DNA of 61,043 nucleotides from a virus (Duplodnaviria; Caudoviricetes): IMG/VR virus record IMGVR_UViG_3300030117_002966, positions 1 to 61,043 of that record; one strand, 5' to 3'. Shown piece by piece: positions 50,776 to 58,694 of this stretch (position 1 is its first letter; each line of letters starts with the position of its first letter). The notes under the pieces were generated by a model. It saw only the letters and a program-made list of their open reading frames with translations, ran no database searches and was not told where the DNA came from. The position numbers and the translations under genes were made by a program.

Positions 50776-51824
50776 TTTATAAACCTCTCTAACTCGTTTG
50801 AATTTCTTACAATATTAATTGCATCACAAGTTGGGTATGGGTTTGATGTTCCATAATCATTTATAATAGTTCTGTTTGCGTGATATAAATCAAATATCAC
50901 ATCGTGGTATTTAACACCTTCTCTTTTTAGTTGTTCTATTGTTACATCTTTAACTGAGGAGGGTCTTGCTGTAGTAAGTATTACATACACTTTACCTGTG
51001 TTATACAGTTTGTTTAGTAGTTCTATGTTTTCTTTTATACCTTCTGTTTCACCCCAGAAAGGTGGGGTATACTTTCCAGAACTCTTTACTAACGTTCCAT
51101 CTATATCTACAAATAAAGTTTTATATTCTCTTACATACTTAAACCAATCTTCTTTAGTTCCCCAGTCAATATAATTATTAGTTTTAATGGGTTTGAATTT
51201 AATTCCATTACTAATCATATCTTTTATTATATCTGAAAGATATAAGTTGTCTGTTTGTAATTTTTCATATACATCACAGAACTCATCGGCTGATTCGAAA
51301 GAATAACTACCACAACCAAATGTAGAAGATATAACATGCTTTTCTACTAAGCTAGATATATATCCATCTTCACCAATAGTAATATAACTTTTATTAGAAG
51401 GATTTATAGCTGTAGTGTCATTTAAATCATAGTAACACATAAAGTTTCCATCTTCTATGTCATATGTAAAATAATTGTCTACTTCTTTTATAATAACTTG
51501 GCCTTTGATGTTAGCGTGTTTAATAGTTTTATAAACTGTATGAGGTTGGTTTAATGTTCTTGAAGCTAAAGATACTATAGTAGTTTTATCTTCTATACCT
51601 ATCTCTCTAACACATTTCTTGATAGCAGCTTTACATTTATATTTTTCTATATGTTCTTCTAAGAAAGCTAGGTATACATTATCTACTTTACTAAAGTCCA
51701 TGTCTTTTAGAGCTTCTACAATCATCCAATTTCCCAAAGGATGTGTCAACATCCATTTGGGTTTTAAACCCTCGAATCTAGTGGATAAACCAGCAGCGGT
51801 AACAATCAAGTTTCTACTCATCAT
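50772..51824 (-). CDS. sugar nucleotidyltransferase-like domain fused to HAD phosphatase
   Basis: AAGLSTRF...PK, DWGT; DIDGT, TTAR, IND. Confidence 0.8.
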   Translation of the reverse strand: MMSRNLIVTAAGLSTRFEGLKPKWMLTHPLGNWMIVEALKDMDFSKVDNVYLAFLEEHIEKYKCKAAIKKCVREIGIEDKTTIVSLASRTLNQPHTVYKTIKHANIKGQVIIKEVDNYFTYDIEDGNFMCYYDLNDTTAINPSNKSYITIGEDGYISSLVEKHVISSTFGCGSYSFESADEFCDVYEKLQTDNLYLSDIIKDMISNGIKFKPIKTNNYIDWGTKEDWFKYVREYKTLFVDIDGTLVKSSGKYTPPFWGETEGIKENIELLNKLYNTGKVYVILTTARPSSVKDVTIEQLKREGVKYHDVIFDLYHANRTIINDYGTSNPYPTCDAINIVRNSNELERFIK

Positions 51825-53187
51825 CTTCCCCCCATGTTTCACCAAATTCAGATTGTTGGTTGTCATAAGGATAGGTCCACCAATTATACTTAGGCCATTC
51901 TAGTTCTATACCTTCTCTTGGAAAAGAACTAAATATTTTAGGAGTTAGTTCATTGCTTGTCTGCATAACTTTATCATAAAAAACTGAACCATCATACAAA
52001 TGCTCATGCGCTTCTAATAAATATTTTCTTATTTCTTCATCAAATTTAGCAGCGTAATGTGCTCCTATGTAAGTTTCAGTTCTAATGTAATATTCATAAT
52101 ATTTCCAATAGTCTTCACGAGGCATATCTACTATTTCGTCTATTGCGCGTGGTTCTAAAGGTATATTAAATAAATCTATTAAATCTTCACGATGACCCCA
52201 GAATATATGGTCTCTAGGGTGAAAAGCAAACAAAGGAAAATTTCCTGCTGTAAATATTTTATTATGAGGTCTACTAGTATTATTGACATATGTTATATCT
52301 ATATCATTATGTTGTTCGTAAAACTCTTTCATCTTTTTCATACTATCCCATTGGTAACGTTGGTCGTTACGCATCTTAACTACATATTTAGTACTAGTGG
52401 CTTTGATTCCTGCTAGTGAAGAAACTATTTGTAAATTCCTATTCCCAGTCCCGTGACTATCTGGATATTTACTTTTTATAACTATAATTTTTTCATTTTG
52501 TATAACTGGTACTTTGTCATCTTCCCAACATGATAATATAACTCTATTTACAAAATCTAACTCAACATATATATTTGCAGTATCAAGAGCATAGTCAGAA
52601 TATTTTCCTTGTAAAACTATATCTACTTTATCTTCTGAATATATGTTACTTAGACTATTATCTACTCTTGCTCTAATATCACTGTGTAAATCTGACAACA
52701 AAGATAACTGAGTATATTTGTCTCGTGATTCATCAGAGTGACCAACATACCATGCACCTGCTGCTTCTTGTAAAAGTAAACTTTCTTTACCTCTATACGA
52801 TACATCTGTTATCAAAGGAGTTAAATTAAAATTAGATATATTCAACCCTACCCTAGCCCATGCGTATACTTCATGGTACTCATTTATAGATTCAAAGTAT
52901 ATTGACATTAAGTTATATGCTTCTGGTCTTTCTGGTAATAAACCTATGGCATTTTGGTATGCAATCTTTACATGTGCATCTCTTTCACCTTGTGTTATAT
53001 AACATATACCCATTCGAAGTAATGCTTCATATGCAAGATTGTCATTGTCTGTTATTTCCGCACAGCGTAGATATAATCCTATAGCAGAAGCTGTTTGTCC
53101 TAACAATTCATATTCTTGAGCTAAATCAAAATTCTTCATAGGGTTTTCTGTATCATAAATATAATCATTTAATTTTTCTTCTAACAT
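51814..53187 (-). CDS. TPR plus WavE-like polysaccharide synthesis protein
   Basis: TPR (PERPEAY); IVLQG, ILSCW, NRNLQIVSSLAG, KMRND, FHPRDH.FWG. Confidence 0.7.
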   Translation of the reverse strand: MLEEKLNDYIYDTENPMKNFDLAQEYELLGQTASAIGLYLRCAEITDNDNLAYEALLRMGICYITQGERDAHVKIAYQNAIGLLPERPEAYNLMSIYFESINEYHEVYAWARVGLNISNFNLTPLITDVSYRGKESLLLQEAAGAWYVGHSDESRDKYTQLSLLSDLHSDIRARVDNSLSNIYSEDKVDIVLQGKYSDYALDTANIYVELDFVNRVILSCWEDDKVPVIQNEKIIVIKSKYPDSHGTGNRNLQIVSSLAGIKATSTKYVVKMRNDQRYQWDSMKKMKEFYEQHNDIDITYVNNTSRPHNKIFTAGNFPLFAFHPRDHIFWGHREDLIDLFNIPLEPRAIDEIVDMPREDYWKYYEYYIRTETYIGAHYAAKFDEEIRKYLLEAHEHLYDGSVFYDKVMQTSNELTPKIFSSFPREGIELEWPKYNWWTYPYDNQQSEFGETWGEDDE

Positions 53188-54194
53188 TATTCACCTCTTA
53201 TTATCTTTTCTACAAGATGATATGGAAGACGTAATAAGAAAGCAGAGTTATCTTGGTAGCCAAATGTTATCAAAATATCTTCACCATCCTTTGCCATACC
53301 ACAGCAAAACTCTATCTTACCATTCATAAATTTCCAATGAGGTGACGAACTTACTACGTTCCAATCCTTATCCCATACAATAAACTGATGTAGGTATTCA
53401 GCGTCTCTGTCTTCCTTTTCGTTGTACCAGAACACACAGTCATGAGTCACAGCCATTCTGTAATCGCCTATAGTAATAACTTGTGAACTACCACGGGGTT
53501 CTGCTCCTTGTATTAGACTTTCTCCATGGTATATTGTCTTTGTCGACTTAGCCCATGTTAGTTTAGTATCTAGTTCTTTGTTATACTTTTTAACTGGTGT
53601 GGGGTCTACCTTAACTACTTCTGTAGGACTTGTCCACTTAACAAAATGATAAGGCATATCTAATATAGGCATCCAATTTTTTTCACAATATGAACCTTTG
53701 ACTGTAGCAGGTATTCTAAGCCTACTTACTTCACGTACTGTATTACCTTCAATTTTAATCTCAGACATCTCCATACGACTTTGACCATCAGACTTAACAT
53801 CTCTACGACACCCACAATAATATAATTTACCATCCCATCTAACTATGCGTGCATCTTCTAATCCAACAAAATCCCAAATAGGGTCTAAGTCAAACTCGCT
53901 AGTATCTACTTTGTGATAGTTATTATTTTTAGATAGAAAGTTTGTAGTTCTAAGCTTGGCGTCATAATCTGGTCTTACATAATTCAAAGGTCCCCATGGT
54001 GTTTGAAATTTCATATCACCCTCACAATGATGTAGGGTATAAGATACATTTCTTACATTCATCAATATTTCTTCATTGTCTATGTAAATCGACGGGTTGC
54101 ATAAACCTAAGCCTCCTGTTTCTTTATTGTCTACAATCAAAGGAGTAAGCTTACCACCGCTATTAAGCGCGCGTTCTACTAATGTTTGTTTCAT
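53187..54194 (-). CDS. GH130-like five-bladed beta-propeller
   Basis: NPSI, GLEDARI, EKNWMP, RGSS, IEFCCG, FGYQD. Confidence 0.75.
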   Translation of the reverse strand: MKQTLVERALNSGGKLTPLIVDNKETGGLGLCNPSIYIDNEEILMNVRNVSYTLHHCEGDMKFQTPWGPLNYVRPDYDAKLRTTNFLSKNNNYHKVDTSEFDLDPIWDFVGLEDARIVRWDGKLYYCGCRRDVKSDGQSRMEMSEIKIEGNTVREVSRLRIPATVKGSYCEKNWMPILDMPYHFVKWTSPTEVVKVDPTPVKKYNKELDTKLTWAKSTKTIYHGESLIQGAEPRGSSQVITIGDYRMAVTHDCVFWYNEKEDRDAEYLHQFIVWDKDWNVVSSSPHWKFMNGKIEFCCGMAKDGEDILITFGYQDNSAFLLRLPYHLVEKIIRGE

Positions 54195-54207
54195 TTAATA
54201 AGCCCCA

Positions 54208-54615
54208 CTAATCACTGCTTTTTCCGAACACCGTAACAGATGCATCCTTTGGTAGCTCTAAGCTCCATGGAGGCACATACCCTGTATCGCAATTACAATT
54301 ATGCATCCCGTGTTCACAATTACACATGGTCCATACAGTCTCTCTGCTGCCGTCTTGCTCCCGCGCAATTTTGAGTAGAATTAAATATCCTATGAGGTCA
54401 TCAAGTGTGTCCTCTGTGTTGTCATCAAGCCCTACATTCTTTATTCTGCTGAGCTTGTCGTCGATTCGTGCACAGATAGCCTGTGCATTGTCGAGCTTAC
54501 TAAAAATGTTGTCAGGTTCTAATGCGCTATCACCATACGCTTTGTTCTTGGCTAATAGCAAATCCCTGATATCATTACATATCCATTTGATGGAGTTTTG
54601 CGTTTTCTTTGTCAT
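54208..54615 (-). CDS. DUF1599/Nmad1-like all-alpha protein
   Basis: KNKAYGDS, RIDDKLSRI, EDTLDDLIGY. Confidence 0.75.
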   Translation of the reverse strand: MTKKTQNSIKWICNDIRDLLLAKNKAYGDSALEPDNIFSKLDNAQAICARIDDKLSRIKNVGLDDNTEDTLDDLIGYLILLKIAREQDGSRETVWTMCNCEHGMHNCNCDTGYVPPWSLELPKDASVTVFGKSSD

Positions 54616-54638
54616 ACATATTATTTTAACCTTTGACA

Positions 54639-54652
54639 CTATATAAAGGTTT
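54639..54652 (-). promoter_or_regulatory. BRE-TATA promoter (leaderless)
   Basis: AAACCTTTATATAG about 24 nt before ATG 54615. Confidence 0.65.
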
Positions 54653-54916
54653 CCTAAGCCCTACTCAGCACGCCTCAACTGAGAGCCCCCTATATCTATA
54701 TTATGCTATGCTATATAGAGCTTATTATATAGGGTTAGTAGTGACCCATGATAAATAGCATATTCAAAAAATCACTCGATTTGTTTACCCCCCTACGCGC
54801 AAAATTCTAGACGTGGCGCCCTTCTGTTTAGACGGGGGGTATATATGAGAGAGAGAAACATAAAAGAGAGATAGCGCGCCCGCTTTTTTTTGGCGCCCGC
54901 TTGGCGCCGCGCCCCC

Positions 54917-55004
54917 AAAAAATGCGTTCGGAATCAGGCCCCTTTATATACCCCCTTTTAGAAAAAACAGGCTCTCGACGATAGAGCCCACCGTAAACGG
55001 TATA
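54917..55004 (+). repeat. degenerate ~85-bp repeat, copy 1
   Basis: CCCTTTATATACCCC...hairpin with CGACGAT loop; second copy at 56015. Confidence 0.7.
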
Positions 55005-55041
55005 AGAAGCGGTTACTATGTATAGTCAGAGGTTAAGAAAT

Positions 55042-55356
55042 ATGAACGAAAAATATTACATCTATAAACTAGCCAGACAGGTAGAAAAAACAAGCTACCA
55101 TCACTATGACGTCCGAATGGGCGACGGAATAAACAGCGGAGCCGTTTACTATGGTCTAACTCAAGACCCTCAATCAAGGCTTTCAAAACACCGACCTAAA
55201 AAAGGTCATGATATCAGCTTGATAGTAGTAGCTGAATTTGACAACCCATGGGAAGCTTTAGAACATGAAGCAACTTTGGTAGCTGAGCATTTCCGCACCT
55301 ACGGAAAAGAGCCAGAATGTCAAGGCATGGCCAACACCGGCCACAGGGGGGCATAA
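55042..55356 (+). CDS. GIY-YIG nuclease-like protein
   Basis: YYIYKL...VYYGLTQDPQSRLSKH...ALEHE. Confidence 0.65.
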   Translation: MNEKYYIYKLARQVEKTSYHHYDVRMGDGINSGAVYYGLTQDPQSRLSKHRPKKGHDISLIVVAEFDNPWEALEHEATLVAEHFRTYGKEPECQGMANTGHRGA

Positions 55357-55406
55357 GCGAAACCTTTATTAATAGGGTTGCTATGTGTAATACAGAGGAA
55401 ATTAAT

Positions 55407-55565
55407 ATGAATACAAACGAATTAATCAGAATAGGATTTGAAGAATCCGAGTCAGCTAACGACCTATTACAGGATATGTGCGAGTGCTGTAACGATGCAG
55501 TCCAAGCCCACAGGGCTAGAGGTTACAAGGTATGCCTTGACTGCTTCTATGAAATGGGGGTGTAA
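55407..55565 (+). CDS. small Zn-finger protein
   Basis: CECC...CLDC. Confidence 0.65.
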   Translation: MNTNELIRIGFEESESANDLLQDMCECCNDAVQAHRARGYKVCLDCFYEMGV

Positions 55566-55567
55566 AT

Positions 55568-55795
55568 ATGTTTTTAATAAAAAAGTATGCTGAAGCCCGA
55601 AGAGATGCACCGGCACTAAGTAATGAATCAATCCGAGCAGAAGCAAATTTGGGCCTTCAATTAGAAAGCCTAATTTCAGCTTGGTCATCATTAGCAAAAG
55701 ATTCAAGGAATAAAACCGATTGGAATAATTTTGCAAAGTATGTTTTAAATGAAATCGAAACAATAGACAAAACAATAAAGGAGGTAAAGGAATGA
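55568..55795 (+). CDS. hypothetical protein
   Basis: ORF track. Confidence 0.65.
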   Translation: MFLIKKYAEARRDAPALSNESIRAEANLGLQLESLISAWSSLAKDSRNKTDWNNFAKYVLNEIETIDKTIKEVKE

Positions 55796-55932
55796 AATTA
55801 CAAATCGAATTGGATAAATACGACATCGGTCAGATGCAAAAAAATCGATACGGTCATAACGATGTTTTGACTAAAGATTATATGCTTGACATCTTACACG
55901 ACATCGTAGACCAAATCCACGACCAGCTATAA
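55792..55932 (+). CDS. hypothetical protein (46 aa)
   Basis: GGAGGT SD; ATGA overlap. Confidence 0.6.
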   Translation: MKLQIELDKYDIGQMQKNRYGHNDVLTKDYMLDILHDIVDQIHDQL

Positions 55933-55984
55933 GTATATATAGCCCATTCGCCAGCCGAGGGGGTATATAAACCCCCTCAAAAAT

Positions 55985-56003
55985 TTTTCCACGCGTGTGA
56001 AAA
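55985..56003. repeat. TTTTCCAC-N-GTGAAAA palindrome, copy 1
   Basis: TTTTCCACGCGTGTGAAAA after hairpin 55957-55978. Confidence 0.8.
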
Positions 56004-56014
56004 AAATTTTCACC

Positions 56015-56098
56015 AAAAAACGCGAGCGGGATTTTTCCCTTTATATACCCCTATTTAGGATTTTAGGGTTCACGACGATAGCCCTCACCCAAAGTAAT
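56015..56098 (+). repeat. degenerate ~85-bp repeat, copy 2
   Basis: CCCTTTATATACCCC...AGGGTT-CACGACGAT-AGCCCT. Confidence 0.7.
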
Positions 56099-56138
56099 AT
56101 ATGTATACTCGCGTTGGTATATTAGCGAGGAAACAAAC

Positions 56139-56258
56139 ATGAAACAAATACAAAAATGTGAAGACTGTGGCTTGGAAGATATCGAATTATTCGGTGGACT
56201 ATGTGAAGATTGTGACACACAAATGTTTATGACATTCTGGACCGGTGATGAAGAATGA
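56139..56258 (+). CDS. 39-aa Zn-finger protein
   Basis: CEDC...CEDC. Confidence 0.6.
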   Translation: MKQIQKCEDCGLEDIELFGGLCEDCDTQMFMTFWTGDEE

Positions 56259-56509
56259 GACATTCACTGAAAAAAACTAGCGATTATCAATACAGCTGTA
56301 AAGTATTGACTCACGTAATCAGATTAAAAGATGGTCACGTCATGCCTGATTGGATTGACTGCAAACCATCACAAGCTGATGATGTCAGCCGAAGATTAAG
56401 AAACCGTGAGTTTGATACTGACAACTACGCAGTCAGAATAAGAAGAAGTCCGAAAAGCCTACACGCACGAGATGTTGAGCTTTGGACCGATGAAAAGGAG
56501 TTCTGGTAG
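56255..56509 (+). CDS. hypothetical protein
   Basis: ORF track; ATGA-coupled. Confidence 0.65.
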   Translation: MRHSLKKTSDYQYSCKVLTHVIRLKDGHVMPDWIDCKPSQADDVSRRLRNREFDTDNYAVRIRRSPKSLHARDVELWTDEKEFW

Positions 56510-56510
56510 A

Positions 56511-56547
56511 AAAGCTTATATAGGGACTGCCTATTGGTAATACAGAG
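56511..56547 (+). promoter_or_regulatory. early-type promoter (BRE-TATA...TTGGTA)
   Basis: AAAGCTTATATAG...TTGGTAATACAGAG. Confidence 0.75.
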
Positions 56548-56554
56548 GAAAAAC

Positions 56555-56662
56555 ATGAAACCAACACTAAAACAAATAATGAGACAGACCATGCTTCTAA
56601 GAAAGTTCCGCAAGGAATGGGAAGCAGAAATAATGAAAAAAGGAATGGAGGAAAACGAATGA
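56555..56662 (+). CDS. 35-aa hypothetical protein
   Basis: Follows the promoter; GAGG SD. Confidence 0.55.
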   Translation: MKPTLKQIMRQTMLLRKFRKEWEAEIMKKGMEENE

Positions 56663-56726
56663 ATAAATATCAATCATCCTTACTAACTTGGTTAGTAGGA
56701 ATATCATACGCAACAAGAAAATTATA

Positions 56727-57030
56727 AACATGTAAACACCTCTAACGGGTGGGGAAGATGAAAATAGCAAAATAGTATTGCACCCCACCCAAAAGAGATT
56801 ATGTTCCATGAGTCCCCAACACTGTAAGATGTGGCCGTAGGAGTAGGTGCACCTTTTGGAAGAGGCAAGTGTATCAGTGAGTCTAATAAACTTTCGAGCA
56901 TGGGGACAAGAGGGGTTGCCTGACAAGTGATGGCGAAGGGCCAGTGACATAAGCCCGCCCGAACGTTAAACGTAGCGACGTGACCCCAGCCCAGTGAGTC
57001 GGCCACCTCTAGGTGGTGGGGCAGCTGGGC
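56727..57030 (+). ncRNA. candidate structured ncRNA A
   Basis: No credible ORF; four consecutive stem-closed domains; shares loop with ncRNA B. Confidence 0.6.
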
Positions 57031-57032
57031 GC

Positions 57033-57052
57033 TTTTCCACACGGGTGGAAAA
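57033..57052. repeat. palindrome, copy 2
   Basis: TTTTCCAC-ACGG-GTGGAAAA. Confidence 0.8.
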
Positions 57053-57083
57053 ACCTTTATATAGGCAGACCCGTTGGTATATT
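57051..57083 (+). promoter_or_regulatory. early-type promoter
   Basis: AAACCTTTATATAG...TTGGTAT, ATG at 57084. Confidence 0.75.
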
Positions 57084-57236
57084 ATGACTAGGAAACACTT
57101 TAGAAAAATAGCTAGTATTCTCCGCGAGAGAAGAGCAGACCCAATGCTAATAAGGGACTTCGCCACAATGTGCGCGCTTGAGAATGAATACTTCGATTAT
57201 GAAAGATTCTACACCGCGGCAGGATTAAAGGAGTAA
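57084..57236 (+). CDS. conserved small phage protein (MTRKHF..IA...N..FD..RF)
   Basis: Leaderless start after the promoter. Confidence 0.7.
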   Translation: MTRKHFRKIASILRERRADPMLIRDFATMCALENEYFDYERFYTAAGLKE

Positions 57237-57266
57237 AGCTTATATAGGCACACTCATTGGTATACT
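57235..57266 (+). promoter_or_regulatory. early-type promoter
   Basis: AAAGCTTATATAG...TTGGTAT, ATG at 57267. Confidence 0.75.
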
Positions 57267-57410
57267 ATGACAAAAATACAAGACATGAGAAACGACTTTC
57301 GTTTCCGCCGAGCACCACGCAGAACCATCACTAAAAACAAGATTGACTTAGGAGTCCATGAGCAACTCATGGCTATCCGTCTAGGTCTTGCTGAGGATGT
57401 GAGAAAGTGA
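57267..57410 (+). CDS. 47-aa hypothetical protein
   Basis: Leaderless start. Confidence 0.6.
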   Translation: MTKIQDMRNDFRFRRAPRRTITKNKIDLGVHEQLMAIRLGLAEDVRK

Positions 57411-57523
57411 GAAGCATCTTAGATATTTTAGATGACATGGTCATCTCTGGTATAGATGACGCAGGGGACTATATTGTCCTCTGTGGCTGTGAAGACGCAC
57501 CTTGTTGCGGGTGTAACAGATGA
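57407..57523 (+). CDS. small Cys-rich protein (CGCEDAPCCGC)
   Basis: GTGA overlap; read by hand. Confidence 0.55.
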   Translation: MRSILDILDDMVISGIDDAGDYIVLCGCEDAPCCGCNR

Positions 57524-57637
57524 GTTACGACAAACCACTCAAACGCAGTTGGAAAAAAGAAACAAATAAGATTATCAAAAAGGCCAGCCAATAGCTCGTT
57601 TGTTTTCAACCTCCGGGGGGTAGGGCCTCCCCCCACC

Positions 57638-57656
57638 TTTTCCACGCGAGTGAAAA
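57638..57656. repeat. palindrome, copy 3
   Basis: TTTTCCACGCGAGTGAAAA. Confidence 0.8.
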
Positions 57657-57689
57657 AATCTTTATATAGACCCCCACGCTTGGTATTGT
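57655..57689 (+). promoter_or_regulatory. early-type promoter
   Basis: AAAATCTTTATATAG...TTGGTATTGT, ATG at 57690. Confidence 0.75.
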
Positions 57690-57926
57690 ATGACTAAAAA
57701 CTTGTGCGGGAAAACCCGAAAGACAGATGACCCTTATGAGGTCTGGACTGGCCCACGTGGCTTTGAATGGAGAGTATTGAAGAAATACCAAGCTCCTGAG
57801 AATGAAGCAAAAAATCCTCACGCTAGATGGTTTTGTGCTGTCAAATCAGATTTCACCTATGGTTCTTTTGAATTAGGTGATGTCTATGTTAGTGAGATTA
57901 AATCAATGGGGACAAAGCTTATATAG
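57690..57926 (+). CDS. conserved hypothetical phage protein
   Basis: WRVLKKYQ...ARWFCAVKS..T.GS.ELGDVY. Confidence 0.75.
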   Translation: MTKNLCGKTRKTDDPYEVWTGPRGFEWRVLKKYQAPENEAKNPHARWFCAVKSDFTYGSFELGDVYVSEIKSMGTKLI

Positions 57927-57947
57927 GCACACCCTATTGGTAATACA
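57914..57947 (+). promoter_or_regulatory. early-type promoter driving a non-coding unit
   Basis: AAAGCTTATATAG...TTGGTAATAC then a hairpin instead of a long ORF. Confidence 0.75.
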
Positions 57948-58375
57948 GAGCGGGGAGATGAAAATAGCAAAATAGTATTGCACCCGCTCACTTACAGTTA
58001 TCAGCTGTAACACGTGACCTGACAAGGAAACAAAATCGAACCATACGCCAGTAGACGAACACTACATAACAAACTTAAGCTGAACAGTGCTGACCAATCC
58101 CTTACCGGTCGATGGCCATCTTAGTAGATTTACGACGTGCAGCTAACATTATGTATCACCTTTGAATCACTTAGTCCCTGTTATAAGTCAAGTCGTCGAA
58201 GCTATGAGTATCACACCTGTTCTTGCTTGTGTTCACCTTTCGTGAAGGATATCCTTTTGACTGGTGACAGGTCACACCCTATGGGTTGCTACCTATGAAG
58301 ATTGTCGCGCCCTCGGCAACCGCTCCCTGAGGTGTTTCTTAAACACGCGGAGCCTCAGGTGAAGTTGCATTTTAT
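57948..58375 (+). ncRNA. candidate structured ncRNA B
   Basis: Own promoter; no long ORF; long-range stem 58014-21/58268-75 plus local hairpins. Confidence 0.7.
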
Positions 58376-58394
58376 TTTTCCACGCGTGTGAAAA
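58376..58394. repeat. palindrome, copy 4
   Basis: TTTTCCACGCGTGTGAAAA. Confidence 0.8.
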
Positions 58395-58427
58395 AAGCTT
58401 TATATAGGGTGGTGCTCTTGGTATTGT
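58393..58427 (+). promoter_or_regulatory. early-type promoter
   Basis: AAAAGCTTTATATAG...TTGGTATTGT, ATG at 58428. Confidence 0.75.
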
Positions 58428-58664
58428 ATGACTAATAACATCGTCACAAAAAGTAATCTTCCTTGGAAGAATGGTAGGCAAGAAGTCGACTACTTCGTAG
58501 AAGTCGGCACAACTCCATACGGTAAGTATGGTTTATACAAAGAGATGGTTCCTGTCGGCACAGGTAGCCGAGGAGCTCACCGAGCTGTAGCTGAGGAAAT
58601 CAAAATGTCCAATCCTGAGATATTTGAGAACCTCGAACTAAGGCAAGTAATCAGCAGGGGATAA
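58428..58664 (+). CDS. hypothetical protein
   Basis: Leaderless start. Confidence 0.7.
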   Translation: MTNNIVTKSNLPWKNGRQEVDYFVEVGTTPYGKYGLYKEMVPVGTGSRGAHRAVAEEIKMSNPEIFENLELRQVISRG

Positions 58665-58694
58665 GCTTAAGTAGACCCTCTCTGTTGGTATACT
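58662..58694 (+). promoter_or_regulatory. early-type promoter
   Basis: TAAGCTTAAGTAG...TTGGTATACT, ATG at 58695. Confidence 0.7.

Noticed and set aside
56597-57166. Minus-strand ORFs of 66-117 aa across ncRNA A (similarly 58293-58481 and 59037-59270)
   Set aside because: Antisense to all local promoters, atypical composition, expected in GC-richer DNA.
56747-57989. 28-nt repeat as a CRISPR mini-array, tracrRNA (GAAAATAGCAA) or TIGR array
   Set aside because: Only two copies 1200 bp apart with genes between them; no spacer periodicity; no cas or Nop-domain gene. The resemblance to the sgRNA scaffold is short and coincidental.
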